Below are positions 42,214 through 52,626 of a stretch of DNA of 64,000 bases, piece by piece. How positions within the stretch are numbered: the first letter of the stretch is position 1; every line of letters starts with the position of its first letter. The position numbers and the translations under genes were made by a program. Source of the DNA: a bacterium (GTDB lineage Bacteria > UBA8248 > JACPRG01 > G963555815). Location of the stretch: NCBI GenBank assembly GCA_965218795.1, contig OZ244653.1:4800001-4864000 (forward strand), written 5' to 3'. Under the pieces are notes generated by a model. That model saw only the letters and a program-made list of their open reading frames with translations, was not told the origin of the DNA and made no database searches.

Positions 42214-42450
42214 CGTTCGCTCTTCCCTCGGGAGTCTTCTGTTCCGATTGAAAGACCCATGCCGGCTCAAGCGAATTGAGCCTCACGGATCTTCCTCTCG
42301 TTGTGGAAGGCCGATCATCTTCAACGTGAATCCGTCGGATGATGCCAGACGTTCGGGCCGGGTACTATCGTGTGTGGATCGGCCGAGCAGATCAAGGAAA
42401 TCCCGGTCTGTTCGCCTAGGGCCCGGATGAATTCAGCCCTGACGATTCTG

Positions 42451-42900
42451 TTACATGGTCCCCTTTCCCTTCTTATACGGATCCTTGGTATTTCCCGGCG
42501 CTTAAGTCCCGGATGTGCTGCATCACCGCGTCCTTATCACGCCCACACCGGCCTTGATCATCGCCTTGGCCGATCCCTTGCCCTTGGCGACGTCCCACCA
42601 GGAATTGACGAAGACCTGTGTCACCTGGACACAAGGATTCACGGTCTTGGCCGCTTTTTCATAAGCGTCCATCGAGCCCTCAATGACCGGGAAGGGAAAG
42701 GCGCCGATGGTGTCGACCCTGTTGGTCTTGGTGATTAAGCCCGCCATGACGCCGGCATTCCAACCCTGATCATTGATCGGGCCGGGCAGGACCAGCATGA
42801 TCTTGTCTTTCTTGTCGGCCGCTGTCGAAGTTGCGGGCTACGTCATGACCGAAGCCATGACCATGGCAGCCAGTAAGCCGATTATCCGAAACGGCTTCAT
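42451..42900 (-). pseudogene. Internally deleted paralog of the neighbouring BMP substrate-binding gene
   Basis: MKPFRIIG...*...KDKIMLVLPGPINDQGWNA/GVMAG...FPFPVIEGSMD...HIRDLSAGKY. It carries an in-frame TAG, two deletions of about 90 codons each, and frameshifts. Confidence 0.9.
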
Positions 42901-43173
42901 TTCTATCCGCTCCACGAAAAAGTGAGGTGAAACACTGAGCGCGGGCACAAGGGTGAAAATTGCGAACTTTCCGGCGTCCAGCGTAAGGAAATTGCATTTC
43001 TGAAGAGCAGGAAAATCATATTTCCAAAGTGGAAATCCAGTCAATGAGGTGTTCAGGCTTGGAGTTCTTCTTTCTCCATAGGGCAACGAATGAACATCAT
43101 CCGAGTCGGGGTTTGAAGAAAACAGCCGAAATTCCTCAAAATCCGCTGCCACCCGTCGGGAGAAGAGCAAGGC

Positions 43174-43209
43174 AAAAAAGCGCCCCCGGCACAAGAGAGC
43201 GGGGGCGCT
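43174..43209 (-). terminator. Intrinsic terminator after the BMP gene
   Basis: GCGCCCCCG...CGGGGGCGC stem plus T6 on the minus strand. Confidence 0.8.
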
Positions 43210-43237
43210 CACGGACTTCAGGATGACCTCATGGGAC

Positions 43238-44230
43238 TTACTTCGTTCCCTTCCCGGGCTTGTACGGGTTTTTGTACTTGCCGGCGCTCAGGTCGGCAAT
43301 ATGCCGCTTGACCGCCGCCTTCACCTTCTCAGGCGTGCCCGGGTCATACTTTCCGAGACCGAAGAATTTCTCTTTCCATCCATAGGTCTTGACCTGCGGA
43401 TTCAGTTTCCCTTTGACGTAATCGCTCATGATCGCGGTAAAGAATCTGGGCGTGTAGTAAAGAACGCTCCCAACGACCGTCCCGGGCGCGAGGGAGTGCT
43501 GGTCGGAGATAAATCCGACGGCTTTCACTCCAGCCTCGCGGGCAGCCTGGATGGAGCCGATCCCGACTTGATTGGCAGTCGTCATAATCACGTCCACACC
43601 GGCCTCGATCATCGCCTTCGCCGATTCCTTGCCCTTGGCGACGTCGGACCAGGAGTTGACAAACACCTGTGTCACCTTGACACGAGGATTCACGGTTTTT
43701 GCGCCCTTTTCGAAACCGTCCATCGATCCTTCGATCACCGGGAAGGGAAATCCGCCGATCGTGCCGATCTTATTGCTCTTGGTGCTCAATCCCGCCATGA
43801 CGCCGGCGATCCAGCCGGCTTCCCATTCGCGGAACCCGACCCCCCCAAGGTTTGGCTCGGCCGACTTGATGCCGTTGATGATCCAATACTTGGTCTTGGG
43901 AAACTTCAGAGCGACTTTGGCTGCATAGTCGTTGTACTGGGTCCCATGCGCGATGACCAATTGGTAGCCCTTGGAGCCCAAATCCGTCATGGTGGATTCC
44001 GCATTGGCCGTCTCGATGTTCTCGATGTATTTCATCGTGACGCCAAGGTTCTTTTTGACCTGAAGGAGCCCCTTGTACGCGGTTGCGTTCCAGCTTTGAT
44101 CATTGATGGGACCTGGAAGGACGAGCATGATCTTGTCGCCCTTGCCGGCTGCCGCTACGGTGGAAGGACATGCCCACGCGAGCGACAGGACGAGAACGAA
44201 GAGTACTCCGAGCAGCCGAATTGGTTTCAT
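43238..44230 (-). CDS. BMP/PnrA-family ABC substrate-binding protein (nucleoside-type)
   Basis: Signal peptide, GPINDQSWNA, LVIAHG, FREWEAGWIAGVMAG, GVDVI. Confidence 0.9.
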   Translation of the reverse strand: MKPIRLLGVLFVLVLSLAWACPSTVAAAGKGDKIMLVLPGPINDQSWNATAYKGLLQVKKNLGVTMKYIENIETANAESTMTDLGSKGYQLVIAHGTQYNDYAAKVALKFPKTKYWIINGIKSAEPNLGGVGFREWEAGWIAGVMAGLSTKSNKIGTIGGFPFPVIEGSMDGFEKGAKTVNPRVKVTQVFVNSWSDVAKGKESAKAMIEAGVDVIMTTANQVGIGSIQAAREAGVKAVGFISDQHSLAPGTVVGSVLYYTPRFFTAIMSDYVKGKLNPQVKTYGWKEKFFGLGKYDPGTPEKVKAAVKRHIADLSAGKYKNPYKPGKGTK

Positions 44231-44418
44231 GCGCCGTCCCTCCGGTATGAATTTGTTGGTGGCGGTTCCCCATGAAGCGGTGAATCCTTCAGGGGCTCAC
44301 GCTTGAGGCATCGGTGAGGATGCTTTTCGGGAATTGCGCCGAATCTTATTTCAAGGCCAAAAAACTGTCAAGAAGATTAAAGAGATCATGACGGCTGTGA
44401 AAAGTATCGCTCCTGAAC

Positions 44419-45366
44419 CTAGCTCCCGCGTCTGTAAGGAAGACCGAGCGCCTTGGGGTACTCGGTTTTTCCGACGAGTCCGGCCAGCGCGATAATCGTG
44501 AGAACGTAGGGGAGCATGAACAGGAATTCGTAGGGGACGTCGAAACCTCTGGCCTGAAGGCGCAGAGCGATGGCGTCGGCCGTCCCGAAAATGATGGAAG
44601 CGCCCAATACGCCGAAGGGGTTCCACCTGCCGAAAATAACGGCTGCCAACGCAATGAATCCCCGCCCGGCCGTCATATTGTCCGCGAAAAAGTTCAACTG
44701 GCCGATGGAGAGGAAGCAGCCCCCCACGCCCGCCAAAAGCCCCCCAATGGCGGTGCAGAGATAGCGAATCCGTGTGACGCTGATCCCCACGGTATCCGCT
44801 GCTTTCGGATGTTCTCCCACCGTCCGGATCTTCAACCCCACAGGTGTCTTCATCAGGATGAACCATGTCAAGGGCACCAGAATCAGCGCAATATAGACCA
44901 GAGCGCTTTGCTGAAAGACGACTGGGCCCAGGATGGGGATCTCCGACAATCCCGGGACCTTTATCGGTTTGAAGCTCTTGACCGTGACCGGGAGAATCGT
45001 GATGCCGAACACGCCCCTGAAGATAAACGTTGAGAGGCCCAGGGCGAGAATATTGATCGCGACGCCGCTGACAATCTGATCCGCACGCAGTGTGATCGTT
45101 ACATAGGCGTGAATCAGACTCATCAGGATACCTGCAATCATCCCCAGGAGGAGCCCCGCCCAAGGGCTCCCGGTGAACTTGGAACCCAGGACGCCTGCGA
45201 GCGCGCCGATGAGCATCATCCCCTCCACGCCGATGTTGAGCACTCCTGAACGCTCGGCGAACACCTCTCCGAGGGCGGCGAGCAGGATCGGTGTTCCCAG
45301 GCGAAGCCCCGCTGTGAGGAGGGCGATCAGGAATGTCACGGTGAATAACTCGGCGACCTGGCTCAT
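44419..45366 (-). CDS. Nucleoside-type ABC permease
   Basis: ERSGVLNIGVEG, GRGFIALAAVIFGRWNP, PYVLT. Confidence 0.92.
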   Translation of the reverse strand: MSQVAELFTVTFLIALLTAGLRLGTPILLAALGEVFAERSGVLNIGVEGMMLIGALAGVLGSKFTGSPWAGLLLGMIAGILMSLIHAYVTITLRADQIVSGVAINILALGLSTFIFRGVFGITILPVTVKSFKPIKVPGLSEIPILGPVVFQQSALVYIALILVPLTWFILMKTPVGLKIRTVGEHPKAADTVGISVTRIRYLCTAIGGLLAGVGGCFLSIGQLNFFADNMTAGRGFIALAAVIFGRWNPFGVLGASIIFGTADAIALRLQARGFDVPYEFLFMLPYVLTIIALAGLVGKTEYPKALGLPYRRGS

Positions 45367-46451
45367 GATGCGCTCTCAGAACTGCGGAGCCTTCTTGCGA
45401 GGAGGACGTTCAGGACCTCCGAGCCCAATACGAAGAGCACCACAAGTCCCTGGAGGATGTAAATCATCGCAACGGGGACCCCTGCGTTGCGCTGGACCGT
45501 GATCGCCCCCACTCGGAGCGCCCCGAAGAACAGAGCCGCGATCACGACCCCGGCGGGGTGTGTCCTGCCCAGCAGGGCGACGGCAATGGCATCGTAGCCG
45601 TAGCCGGTGGTGATTTTGTCCAGGAGTCGGTGGTGAACCCCGTTCACTTCGCCAAAGCCGGCAATCCCCGCCAACGCTCCGCTGATCGCCATGGCGAGGA
45701 AGAAGCTCCGTCCCACGTGGATTCCCGCATACTCGGCGGCTTCCCTGTTCGCGCCGACCGTGCGGAGGCGATATCCCAATGTTGTGTGGGCGATGAGGTA
45801 GTAGACGACCACGGCAGCCGCCAGGGCGACAAAGAGCCCGATGTGGAGTCGGGTATCGGCCACGAGGTTCGGCAGCCAGGAAATTTCGGGAAACGTGTCG
45901 GTCTTGGGATAGAAACCCGATTTTTCCCGCATGGGAACGTTCACCATGTACCGGACCAGGTTCAACGCGACGTAGTTGAGCATGATGGTGACGATGATCT
46001 CATTCACATCGAGGCGCGCCCGCAGCCATCCGGGGATGCCGCCCCAGATTCCACCCGCCACCATTCCCGCAATTCCGGCCAACAGGATCAAAAGGAAGGG
46101 GGGCAATCCCTGGACGTACAGGCTCACCGCCGCGGCGGCCAGCGAGCCCACGAGAATTTGCCCCTCCGCACCGATGTTGAACAAGCCCGCCTTAAAGGCA
46201 AAGGCGATCCCCAGTCCGGCGAGGAGAAGGGGAGTTGCCTTGACCAGGGTTTCGGTAATGCCGAAGACCGTCCCCACTGAGCCCTCGAACAGGTAACCGT
46301 AAGCGACGAGCGGGTCTTTCCCGATGGCGAGCAGGAGGAAGGCCTCCACGATGAGTGCGCCGATGATGGCCACTATCGGCCCGCTCACTCCAATCAGGGA
46401 GCGGATTCCGCTTTCGCGAAGGCGTTTTTGGATTTCCGCGGCTGTCGTCAT
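45363..46451 (-). CDS. Nucleoside-type ABC permease
   Basis: GLFNIGAEGQ, NEIIVTIMLNY, GYGYDAIAVALLG. Confidence 0.92.
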   Translation of the reverse strand: MTTAAEIQKRLRESGIRSLIGVSGPIVAIIGALIVEAFLLLAIGKDPLVAYGYLFEGSVGTVFGITETLVKATPLLLAGLGIAFAFKAGLFNIGAEGQILVGSLAAAAVSLYVQGLPPFLLILLAGIAGMVAGGIWGGIPGWLRARLDVNEIIVTIMLNYVALNLVRYMVNVPMREKSGFYPKTDTFPEISWLPNLVADTRLHIGLFVALAAAVVVYYLIAHTTLGYRLRTVGANREAAEYAGIHVGRSFFLAMAISGALAGIAGFGEVNGVHHRLLDKITTGYGYDAIAVALLGRTHPAGVVIAALFFGALRVGAITVQRNAGVPVAMIYILQGLVVLFVLGSEVLNVLLARRLRSSESAS

Positions 46452-47968
46452 CGAACACCGCCCATCAAGAGACCAATCTGGTCGATATCCACCTGTCCGG
46501 AATCCATGATGTCCATGAACTCCCCTTCGAAGATGACGGCGATCCGATCCGCCAGCGTGAAAACTTCTGTGAGTTCGGTGGAAACGAGAAGGACCGCCAC
46601 GCCCCTGTCCCGCTCTTCAATCAGTCTTCGGTACACATATTCAATGGCGCCTACATCAAGACCCCGTGTGGGCTGGGCCGCAATCAGCAGGCGCGGTTCT
46701 CGGGAAAGCTCTCGTCCGAGAACCAGTTTTTGTTGATTTCCACCCGAGAGAGAGCCTGCCTGAATGTGGATACCAGGGGCTCTGACGTCATAGCCGACGA
46801 GGATTCGTTCGGCGAAATCTCGAATCTCTCCATGGTTGAGACGCCCGCCGCTGGAAAATGGGGGGCTGCCGTGGACCTGCAGGGCGGCATTTTCCGCCAG
46901 GCTCTGGCTGAGAACCAGGCCGCGACGATGGCGGTCCTCCGGGATGTGCGAGATGCCTCTGCGGTAGCGCTCGCCTGTTGATTTCGAGCTGATGTCCTCG
47001 CCCATGAGGCGCACCCGACCGGCTCTGATGGGGCGAAGCCCCGCGAGGGCTTCCACCAGCTCTGCCTGCCCGTTTCCGTCGACCCCCACAACCCCGAAAA
47101 TTTCGCCCGCCGGGATATCGAAACTCAAGCCCTTCACGGCGGAAAGCCCGCGGTCGTCTTCGACGCTCAACCCCTCGACCTCGAGGACCCGTTCTCCTGT
47201 CAATGCGGCTTCTTTCTCGACGCTCAATATGACGTCCCGTCCGACCATCATCCGGGCGAGCGCTCTTTCGTCGGTCTCTGAGGTTTCGACGGTCTGAATC
47301 TTTCGGCCGTCCCGGAGGACGGTCACGCGATCGCTGACAGCGACAACTTCATTGAGTTTGTGTGTGATGAAGATAACGGATTTTCCCTCTTGCGTGAGAC
47401 GGCGAATCATCCCGAAGAGGTCTTCGACTTCACCCGGTGTGAGGACGGAGCTGGGCTCGTCCAGGATCAGGAGGTCGGCCCCCCGGTACAAGGCCTTGAG
47501 GATCTCGACCCGCTGTTGTTCCCCCACCGAGAGCTCCCAGACATAAGCTTTTGGATCGACCTGCAGGCCGAAGCGGTCACCGAGTTCCCGGATCTCCTTT
47601 TCCGCGCGACCCGTCTCCAGGACAAAGCGCCCCGCCGTTTCCATTCCCATGACAACGTTCTCGATGACAGTATGAGCGGGCACCAGCATGAAATGCTGAT
47701 GGACCATGCCGATCCCGTGAGAAATGGCCTGACGGGGGGAACCGATCCGGACAGGCCGACCGCGCAGGAATATTTCACCTTCGTCCGGGTGAATCAGCCC
47801 ATACAGGATGTTCATCAAAGTGGATTTTCCGGCGCCGTTCTCGCCGAGAAGGGCATGGATCTCTCCGGGCTCCACCGTGAGGTCTACGTGATCGTTGGCG
47901 AGAACACCCGGGAAATTCTTGGTGATCCCCCGCATTTCCAAGGTCGATGTGGATGGATGCGTATCCAT
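46448..47968 (-). CDS. Double-domain ABC ATP-binding protein (CUT2/nucleoside type)
   Basis: GENGAGKST, LSVGEQQRVE, LSGGNQQK, QPTRGLDVG. Confidence 0.95.
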   Translation of the reverse strand: MDTHPSTSTLEMRGITKNFPGVLANDHVDLTVEPGEIHALLGENGAGKSTLMNILYGLIHPDEGEIFLRGRPVRIGSPRQAISHGIGMVHQHFMLVPAHTVIENVVMGMETAGRFVLETGRAEKEIRELGDRFGLQVDPKAYVWELSVGEQQRVEILKALYRGADLLILDEPSSVLTPGEVEDLFGMIRRLTQEGKSVIFITHKLNEVVAVSDRVTVLRDGRKIQTVETSETDERALARMMVGRDVILSVEKEAALTGERVLEVEGLSVEDDRGLSAVKGLSFDIPAGEIFGVVGVDGNGQAELVEALAGLRPIRAGRVRLMGEDISSKSTGERYRRGISHIPEDRHRRGLVLSQSLAENAALQVHGSPPFSSGGRLNHGEIRDFAERILVGYDVRAPGIHIQAGSLSGGNQQKLVLGRELSREPRLLIAAQPTRGLDVGAIEYVYRRLIEERDRGVAVLLVSTELTEVFTLADRIAVIFEGEFMDIMDSGQVDIDQIGLLMGGVR

Positions 47969-48361
47969 GTCTCGGTCATCACTTCGCAGGGTTAGTTTGC
48001 CGGTTCAGGGAGAATCCATCCTTATATACCATAAGAATCACGGGTCGCTTCCAGTCGATATTTGGATCCATGCGATTGGGAGAAGTGGGGATTGGCGCCT
48101 TTGCAGATCCGGGCGCCCCCGAATGTTCCCCGTTCAGAATGGTCTTGGGTCAGGAGCCGCAATTCCTTGACACGATTTTTTTTCTGACTGAGAATTCAAT
48201 CAAGAGCAATCCGGTCAACCAATGGCGGGTTGGCGTTTCCAGTTCGCCCCGGATGATTCAAAGCCGGCTTCTGGATGCAGCCGCGTTGAAATTCGAGTCG
48301 GACGGTATGCCCAGCCGGCGGGACAAGCCATGAGATATCGATTCCTCCATTCGGGAGTGAG

Positions 48362-50959
48362 TTGATGGTCGGTACACTGGACGCTGAAAAAAAGACTGAG
48401 CTGGCGAAGTCCGACGAAGGCTGGGTCCGCTCCGCGTGCATCATCTGCCTGAACCGGTGCGGCATATTGGCGCATCGGACGGCCGACGGGTATGTCGACA
48501 AGATCGTCGGCGATCCGGACAACCCCCACAATCAAGGGAAGACGTGCGCCAAGGGCAACTCGGGGATGGAAGGAATCTCCCCCGAAATCCGGGTGACGAC
48601 GCCCATGCGCCGGACCCATCCGGACAAGGGCATCGGGGTCGATCCGAAGTTTACGCCGATTTCCTGGGATGAAGCCTTGGATGAGATTGCCAAGCGCCTC
48701 AAGGAGGTGCGCGACGATGATCCGCTCAGGCTTCTTTTCTCGACTTTCGACGCCTTCCAGTTGCGCGGCGCTTTCCTTCCCGCTTTCATCAATGGATTCG
48801 GAGCCCCGGGGTACAGTACTTGGTCCGCCCAGATCTTCTGCGGGAATAACGTCCATGGGATTCATTACATGGCGCAGAACGCCTTCGAGGCGATCCCCGA
48901 CGCAGACCACGCCGAATACATCCTCCACTTCGGATCGCAGTTCGGATCGGTTGTTCATTACGACACAATGAGAAGCACGCGGGAGCTCGCAGGGAGGCGG
49001 CCGGGAAAGCTGAAGCAGGTCGTGATCGATCCGATTTGCAGTGCCGCCGCTTCGCGAGCGGAGGAATGGGTGCCCATCCGGCCGGGGACGGACGCCGCCC
49101 TGATCCTGGGTATCGTAGACCAGATGATCAACCACAATGGCCACTGCGACAGGCAGTTTCTTCGACAATTCACGAATGCTCCCTATCTTATCGGCGACGA
49201 TGAGCACTATGTGCGGGACCCCGAGACCGATAAGCCCCTGGTTTGGGATGCTTCCTCGCAGTCGGCCAAACCGTTCAACGCCAATGTCGGCGAATTCGCC
49301 CTGGAGGGTGCCTACGAAGTCAACGGGAAGTCCGTTCGAACCGCGTTTCAGGCCCTCAAAGATCACGTTGGCCGCTATACCCCGGAGTACGTGGAAGAGA
49401 TCACGACCGTGCCGAAGGATACAGTGGTCCGCCTGGCCCGGGAGTTCGGGGAAGCCGCCAGGATCGGCGAGACCCTTGAAATCGACGGCGTCGAGCTCCC
49501 CTTCCGCCCCGCCACGGTGACTTGGTATCGCGGTCTCTCGGCCCACAAGCACTGCTTTCTTTCGGGACTCGCCATCAACCTCCTCCCGACGTTGATCGGA
49601 GGGATGGACGTGCCGGGCGGGTTGCTGGGCGATCCGTATGCCCTCATGGGCAAGGCGGCTTTTGGCCGAAAGTATCAATGCGCGGAAAGTCCGGACGGCC
49701 TCATTGTCCAGGGGATGATTGGAGGCGGCCGCGTCGGGGGCTGCTACCCGCCTCGCAAGGTCCGCGCGCCCATGACGCCGGAGATGTTCGAGCTGATTCC
49801 CTGCGGTCCCTACGGCGCGATCTTTTACCTGCTGACGTCCGAATTCGAGGAGAAGTACAATCCGCCCCCGTTCCCCAGGATGCTCATGCATTACCACTCC
49901 AACCTGGTCAAGACCTCGGGACCTCCGGAGGTGATGGAGCGGTTCATGAAGCGGATCCCATTCGTGGTCTCGATCGTCCGCCGGATGGAGGAAACAGCAG
50001 AATTTGCGGACATTGTCCTCCCGGATCTCCACCACCTGGAACGTCTGGTTCCCTTCGTTTTTCAGCATTACGGGGCCGGAGAGGGGGATCTGACGACTTA
50101 TGGCGCGAAGCCGGTCGTCCACCCGCCGTTCGACCATCCGTTCGAGCCGGAGTACGTGGACGTTATGCAGATCATGCTGGAGCTGGCGAAGCGCGCTGGA
50201 TTCCTCGGCGATTTCTATGAGGCCATTAATACGATTGCGGGCCTGAAGGACGGACAAGAGCTGGACCTCCAGCGGGAATACACCTACCCGGAAATTGTCG
50301 ACCGGCTGCTGAAGAATGAGCTGGGCCCGGAGAAGGGCCTCGACTGGTTCCTGAAAGACGGCCTCTGGACGGATCAAAAGTCCGTCGAAGAGAAGTACCC
50401 GCGTCCCTTCGTTACGGCTCGAACCCACCTCTACTATGAATTCATGAAACGGGCGGGAGAAGACGTGAAAAACGTCACCGAACAGTGCGGCATTCCCTGG
50501 GATACCCAGGATTACCAGACCCTGCCCGACTGGAAGCCGGGACCCGCCTACAAGCGGGAGCCCCCTTACAATCTGTATGTCATCAACATGAAGGTCCCGA
50601 ACCACGCCCTGTCGCACACGCATAAGAACCCGATGCTGCTTTCGCTGTCGGCGAGACATGACGATCTTCGGACGGTTTGGATCAACTCCAAAACCGCGGC
50701 TGAGTGCAGGATTGAGGATGGCGATTCGGTGATCATCGAGACGTTCGAGAAGAGGCGGCAGACGGCAGTGGCCCGGGTGACCGAGCTCGTTCATCCCGAA
50801 GTGCTGGCCACGCAGGGTTGCGGAGGCGGATGGGTGGACGCGACGACCCGGCAGGAGGTGAACTTCAACGCCCTGCTGGCCATCGATGAAGACCATATCG
50901 ATTTTGTGAGCGGCGCGCTCGATTGCGCCATCTCCGCCCGCGTCATCAAGGCCGCATAG
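48362..50959 (+). CDS. Mo/W-bisPGD (DMSO reductase family) oxidoreductase catalytic subunit, PadB-like, no Tat signal
   Basis: SACIICLNRC...C FS0 motif, ISWDEALD, EWVPIRPGTD, ADIVLPD. The segments TNAPYLIG...KPLVWD and IGETLEIDGVELPFRP resemble phenylacetyl-CoA:acceptor oxidoreductase PadB, from recall. Confidence 0.88.
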   Translation: MMVGTLDAEKKTELAKSDEGWVRSACIICLNRCGILAHRTADGYVDKIVGDPDNPHNQGKTCAKGNSGMEGISPEIRVTTPMRRTHPDKGIGVDPKFTPISWDEALDEIAKRLKEVRDDDPLRLLFSTFDAFQLRGAFLPAFINGFGAPGYSTWSAQIFCGNNVHGIHYMAQNAFEAIPDADHAEYILHFGSQFGSVVHYDTMRSTRELAGRRPGKLKQVVIDPICSAAASRAEEWVPIRPGTDAALILGIVDQMINHNGHCDRQFLRQFTNAPYLIGDDEHYVRDPETDKPLVWDASSQSAKPFNANVGEFALEGAYEVNGKSVRTAFQALKDHVGRYTPEYVEEITTVPKDTVVRLAREFGEAARIGETLEIDGVELPFRPATVTWYRGLSAHKHCFLSGLAINLLPTLIGGMDVPGGLLGDPYALMGKAAFGRKYQCAESPDGLIVQGMIGGGRVGGCYPPRKVRAPMTPEMFELIPCGPYGAIFYLLTSEFEEKYNPPPFPRMLMHYHSNLVKTSGPPEVMERFMKRIPFVVSIVRRMEETAEFADIVLPDLHHLERLVPFVFQHYGAGEGDLTTYGAKPVVHPPFDHPFEPEYVDVMQIMLELAKRAGFLGDFYEAINTIAGLKDGQELDLQREYTYPEIVDRLLKNELGPEKGLDWFLKDGLWTDQKSVEEKYPRPFVTARTHLYYEFMKRAGEDVKNVTEQCGIPWDTQDYQTLPDWKPGPAYKREPPYNLYVINMKVPNHALSHTHKNPMLLSLSARHDDLRTVWINSKTAAECRIEDGDSVIIETFEKRRQTAVARVTELVHPEVLATQGCGGGWVDATTRQEVNFNALLAIDEDHIDFVSGALDCAISARVIKAA

Positions 50960-50973
50960 GGAAGGAGTTCGCG

Positions 50974-51633
50974 ATGCCTCGATGGGGAATGGTGATTGAT
51001 CTGACGAAATGCGTCGGGTGCGACGCCTGCACCGTGGCCTGCAAAGTCGAGAATCAGACGCCCGGCGACATCTGGTACGCTCCGGTCATTCAGGAAGAGG
51101 TCGGACAGTACCCCAACGCCCGCATGGTGTTTGTCCCCACGCTGTGCATGCATTGCGAAGACGCCCCGTGCGTGCGGGCCTGCCCGACGAAAGCCTTGAT
51201 GCGCCGGGACGACGGCATCGTCATGTATGAGGAAGACAAGTGTTGCGGCTCGCGCGCGTGCGTGACCGCCTGCCCGTACGACGCCGCCAAGTTTTTCGAG
51301 GGCGAGACGGGCGAAAGCCTGTTCGGCGATGAGCATACGCCGCCCACCGTGGCGGACCGCGGCGCGCGGGAGAAATACGATGCGGGGACGGTCCAAAAGT
51401 GCACGTTCTGCGCACACCGCGTGGATCACGGGATGGACCAGGGCCTCCAAGTCGGCGTCGACCGGGAAGCCACCCCCGCCTGTGTCGTTACCTGCCCGGC
51501 GGAATGCCGAATCTTTGGCGACCTGGATGATCCGGCAAGCAACGCCAGCCGGTATCTGCAGGAGCGGAGAAGCAACGAGGTGCTGCGGCCCGACGCCCAG
51601 ACCCGACCCAAAGTCATTTATGTGGTGGATTGA
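50974..51633 (+). CDS. Four-cluster 4Fe-4S subunit (DmsB/NrfC/PadC type)
   Basis: WGMVIDLTKCVGCDACTVACK, CMHCEDAPCVRACP, KCTFC, PACVVTCP; SD AAGGAG. Confidence 0.95.
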   Translation: MPRWGMVIDLTKCVGCDACTVACKVENQTPGDIWYAPVIQEEVGQYPNARMVFVPTLCMHCEDAPCVRACPTKALMRRDDGIVMYEEDKCCGSRACVTACPYDAAKFFEGETGESLFGDEHTPPTVADRGAREKYDAGTVQKCTFCAHRVDHGMDQGLQVGVDREATPACVVTCPAECRIFGDLDDPASNASRYLQERRSNEVLRPDAQTRPKVIYVVD

Positions 51634-52616
51634 GTGATGGCTTCTGCTGCGCAGCCGGGCGCGATAGTCGCATGACGGTTGGCTCCCCGCACGGGGATTA
51701 CGTGGGGGAATGGAGGATGCGCCCCCGTGTCCAGCGTGTCTGGGACGTTCCCCATGCGAGCTGGTTCACGCTGATGGGGATTGGAGGCGGTCTCTTCGTG
51801 ATCTCCCGCCTGATGGGGATCTCGCATGACCTGGGCCTTTGGTTCGGTCTTCCCGCAGTGGAAATCGTGAGCTTCCTGGCCATTGGCGTGGGTGGGTTGA
51901 TCCTCCTGGCCGACCTGGGAAAACCCTTCCGCTTTCTGCGGGCACTGCTGAATGTGCGCACCTCATGGATATCCCGCGGAGCGGTGGCCGATTTTGTTTT
52001 CCTCGTGCTCGCCGCCTTGCTGATCCTTCCCAATTTGAAATTCGGGGCGGCAATGCCTTTTTCGGCGCTGCCCTGGAAGTCCGAGGCTGTCTCCGGGTTC
52101 GGGCGGTTTTTGGAATTCGTGTCCATCCTTGCCGCGATCATCGTGATGTATTATGCGGGGGCCGTCCTTTCCGACCCGAAATCCATCCCCTATTGGAATT
52201 CCCCGCTGGTCCCGACGCAGTTTGTCCTGTCCTCGGCCGTCATGTCGACGGGGATTCTCTTGATGTTCTACCTGGCGGCTGGAAAGCCCGTCTCGACGGG
52301 CTTGATCGTGACGCAGGCCATCTTCGTCGGATTGCTTCTGGCGGCGCTGGTTTGGCACCTCTCCACACGGAGAGAGAATCCCGGAAAGGCGGAGAGCGTA
52401 AAGCTCCTGTTGCGGGGGAAGTACCGCGGCCTGTTTATCGGGGTCGTCCTCGTCCTGGGAGCGCTGGTTCCTTTTATATCGAGTTGGGCGGCCGCCGTGA
52501 CATCGGGAGCCGCGCAGGTCGCCTGGCTGGTGATCTCCGCGATTCTGTTGTTGGTTCAGGGATATTACCTGCGGCTCCTTACGCTCCGCGTCGGCATCTA
52601 TCCTCCTCTCCGGTAA
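51630..52616 (+). CDS. NrfD/PsrC/DmsC-type membrane anchor
   Basis: LLADLGKPFRF, TSWISRG, IPYWNS; about eight TM helices. Confidence 0.9.
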   Translation: MSDGFCCAAGRDSRMTVGSPHGDYVGEWRMRPRVQRVWDVPHASWFTLMGIGGGLFVISRLMGISHDLGLWFGLPAVEIVSFLAIGVGGLILLADLGKPFRFLRALLNVRTSWISRGAVADFVFLVLAALLILPNLKFGAAMPFSALPWKSEAVSGFGRFLEFVSILAAIIVMYYAGAVLSDPKSIPYWNSPLVPTQFVLSSAVMSTGILLMFYLAAGKPVSTGLIVTQAIFVGLLLAALVWHLSTRRENPGKAESVKLLLRGKYRGLFIGVVLVLGALVPFISSWAAAVTSGAAQVAWLVISAILLLVQGYYLRLLTLRVGIYPPLR

Positions 52617-52626
52617 ACGGTTCCGG

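Noticed and set aside
48215-50896. 893-aa antisense ORF over the Mo oxidoreductase
   Set aside because: Shadow frame of a GC3-rich gene with no motifs. The same applies to the antisense ORFs over groEL (5266-6615), dnaJ, thrS, clpX, the BMP gene and the Liv binding-protein gene.
48362-52616. Calling the complex arsenate reductase (Arr), polysulfide reductase or SoeABC
   Set aside because: There is no twin-arginine signal, which argues against Arr/Psr, and internal segments look more PadB-like than SoeA-like. A specific name needs a phylogeny. No in-frame TGA (selenocysteine) is present.
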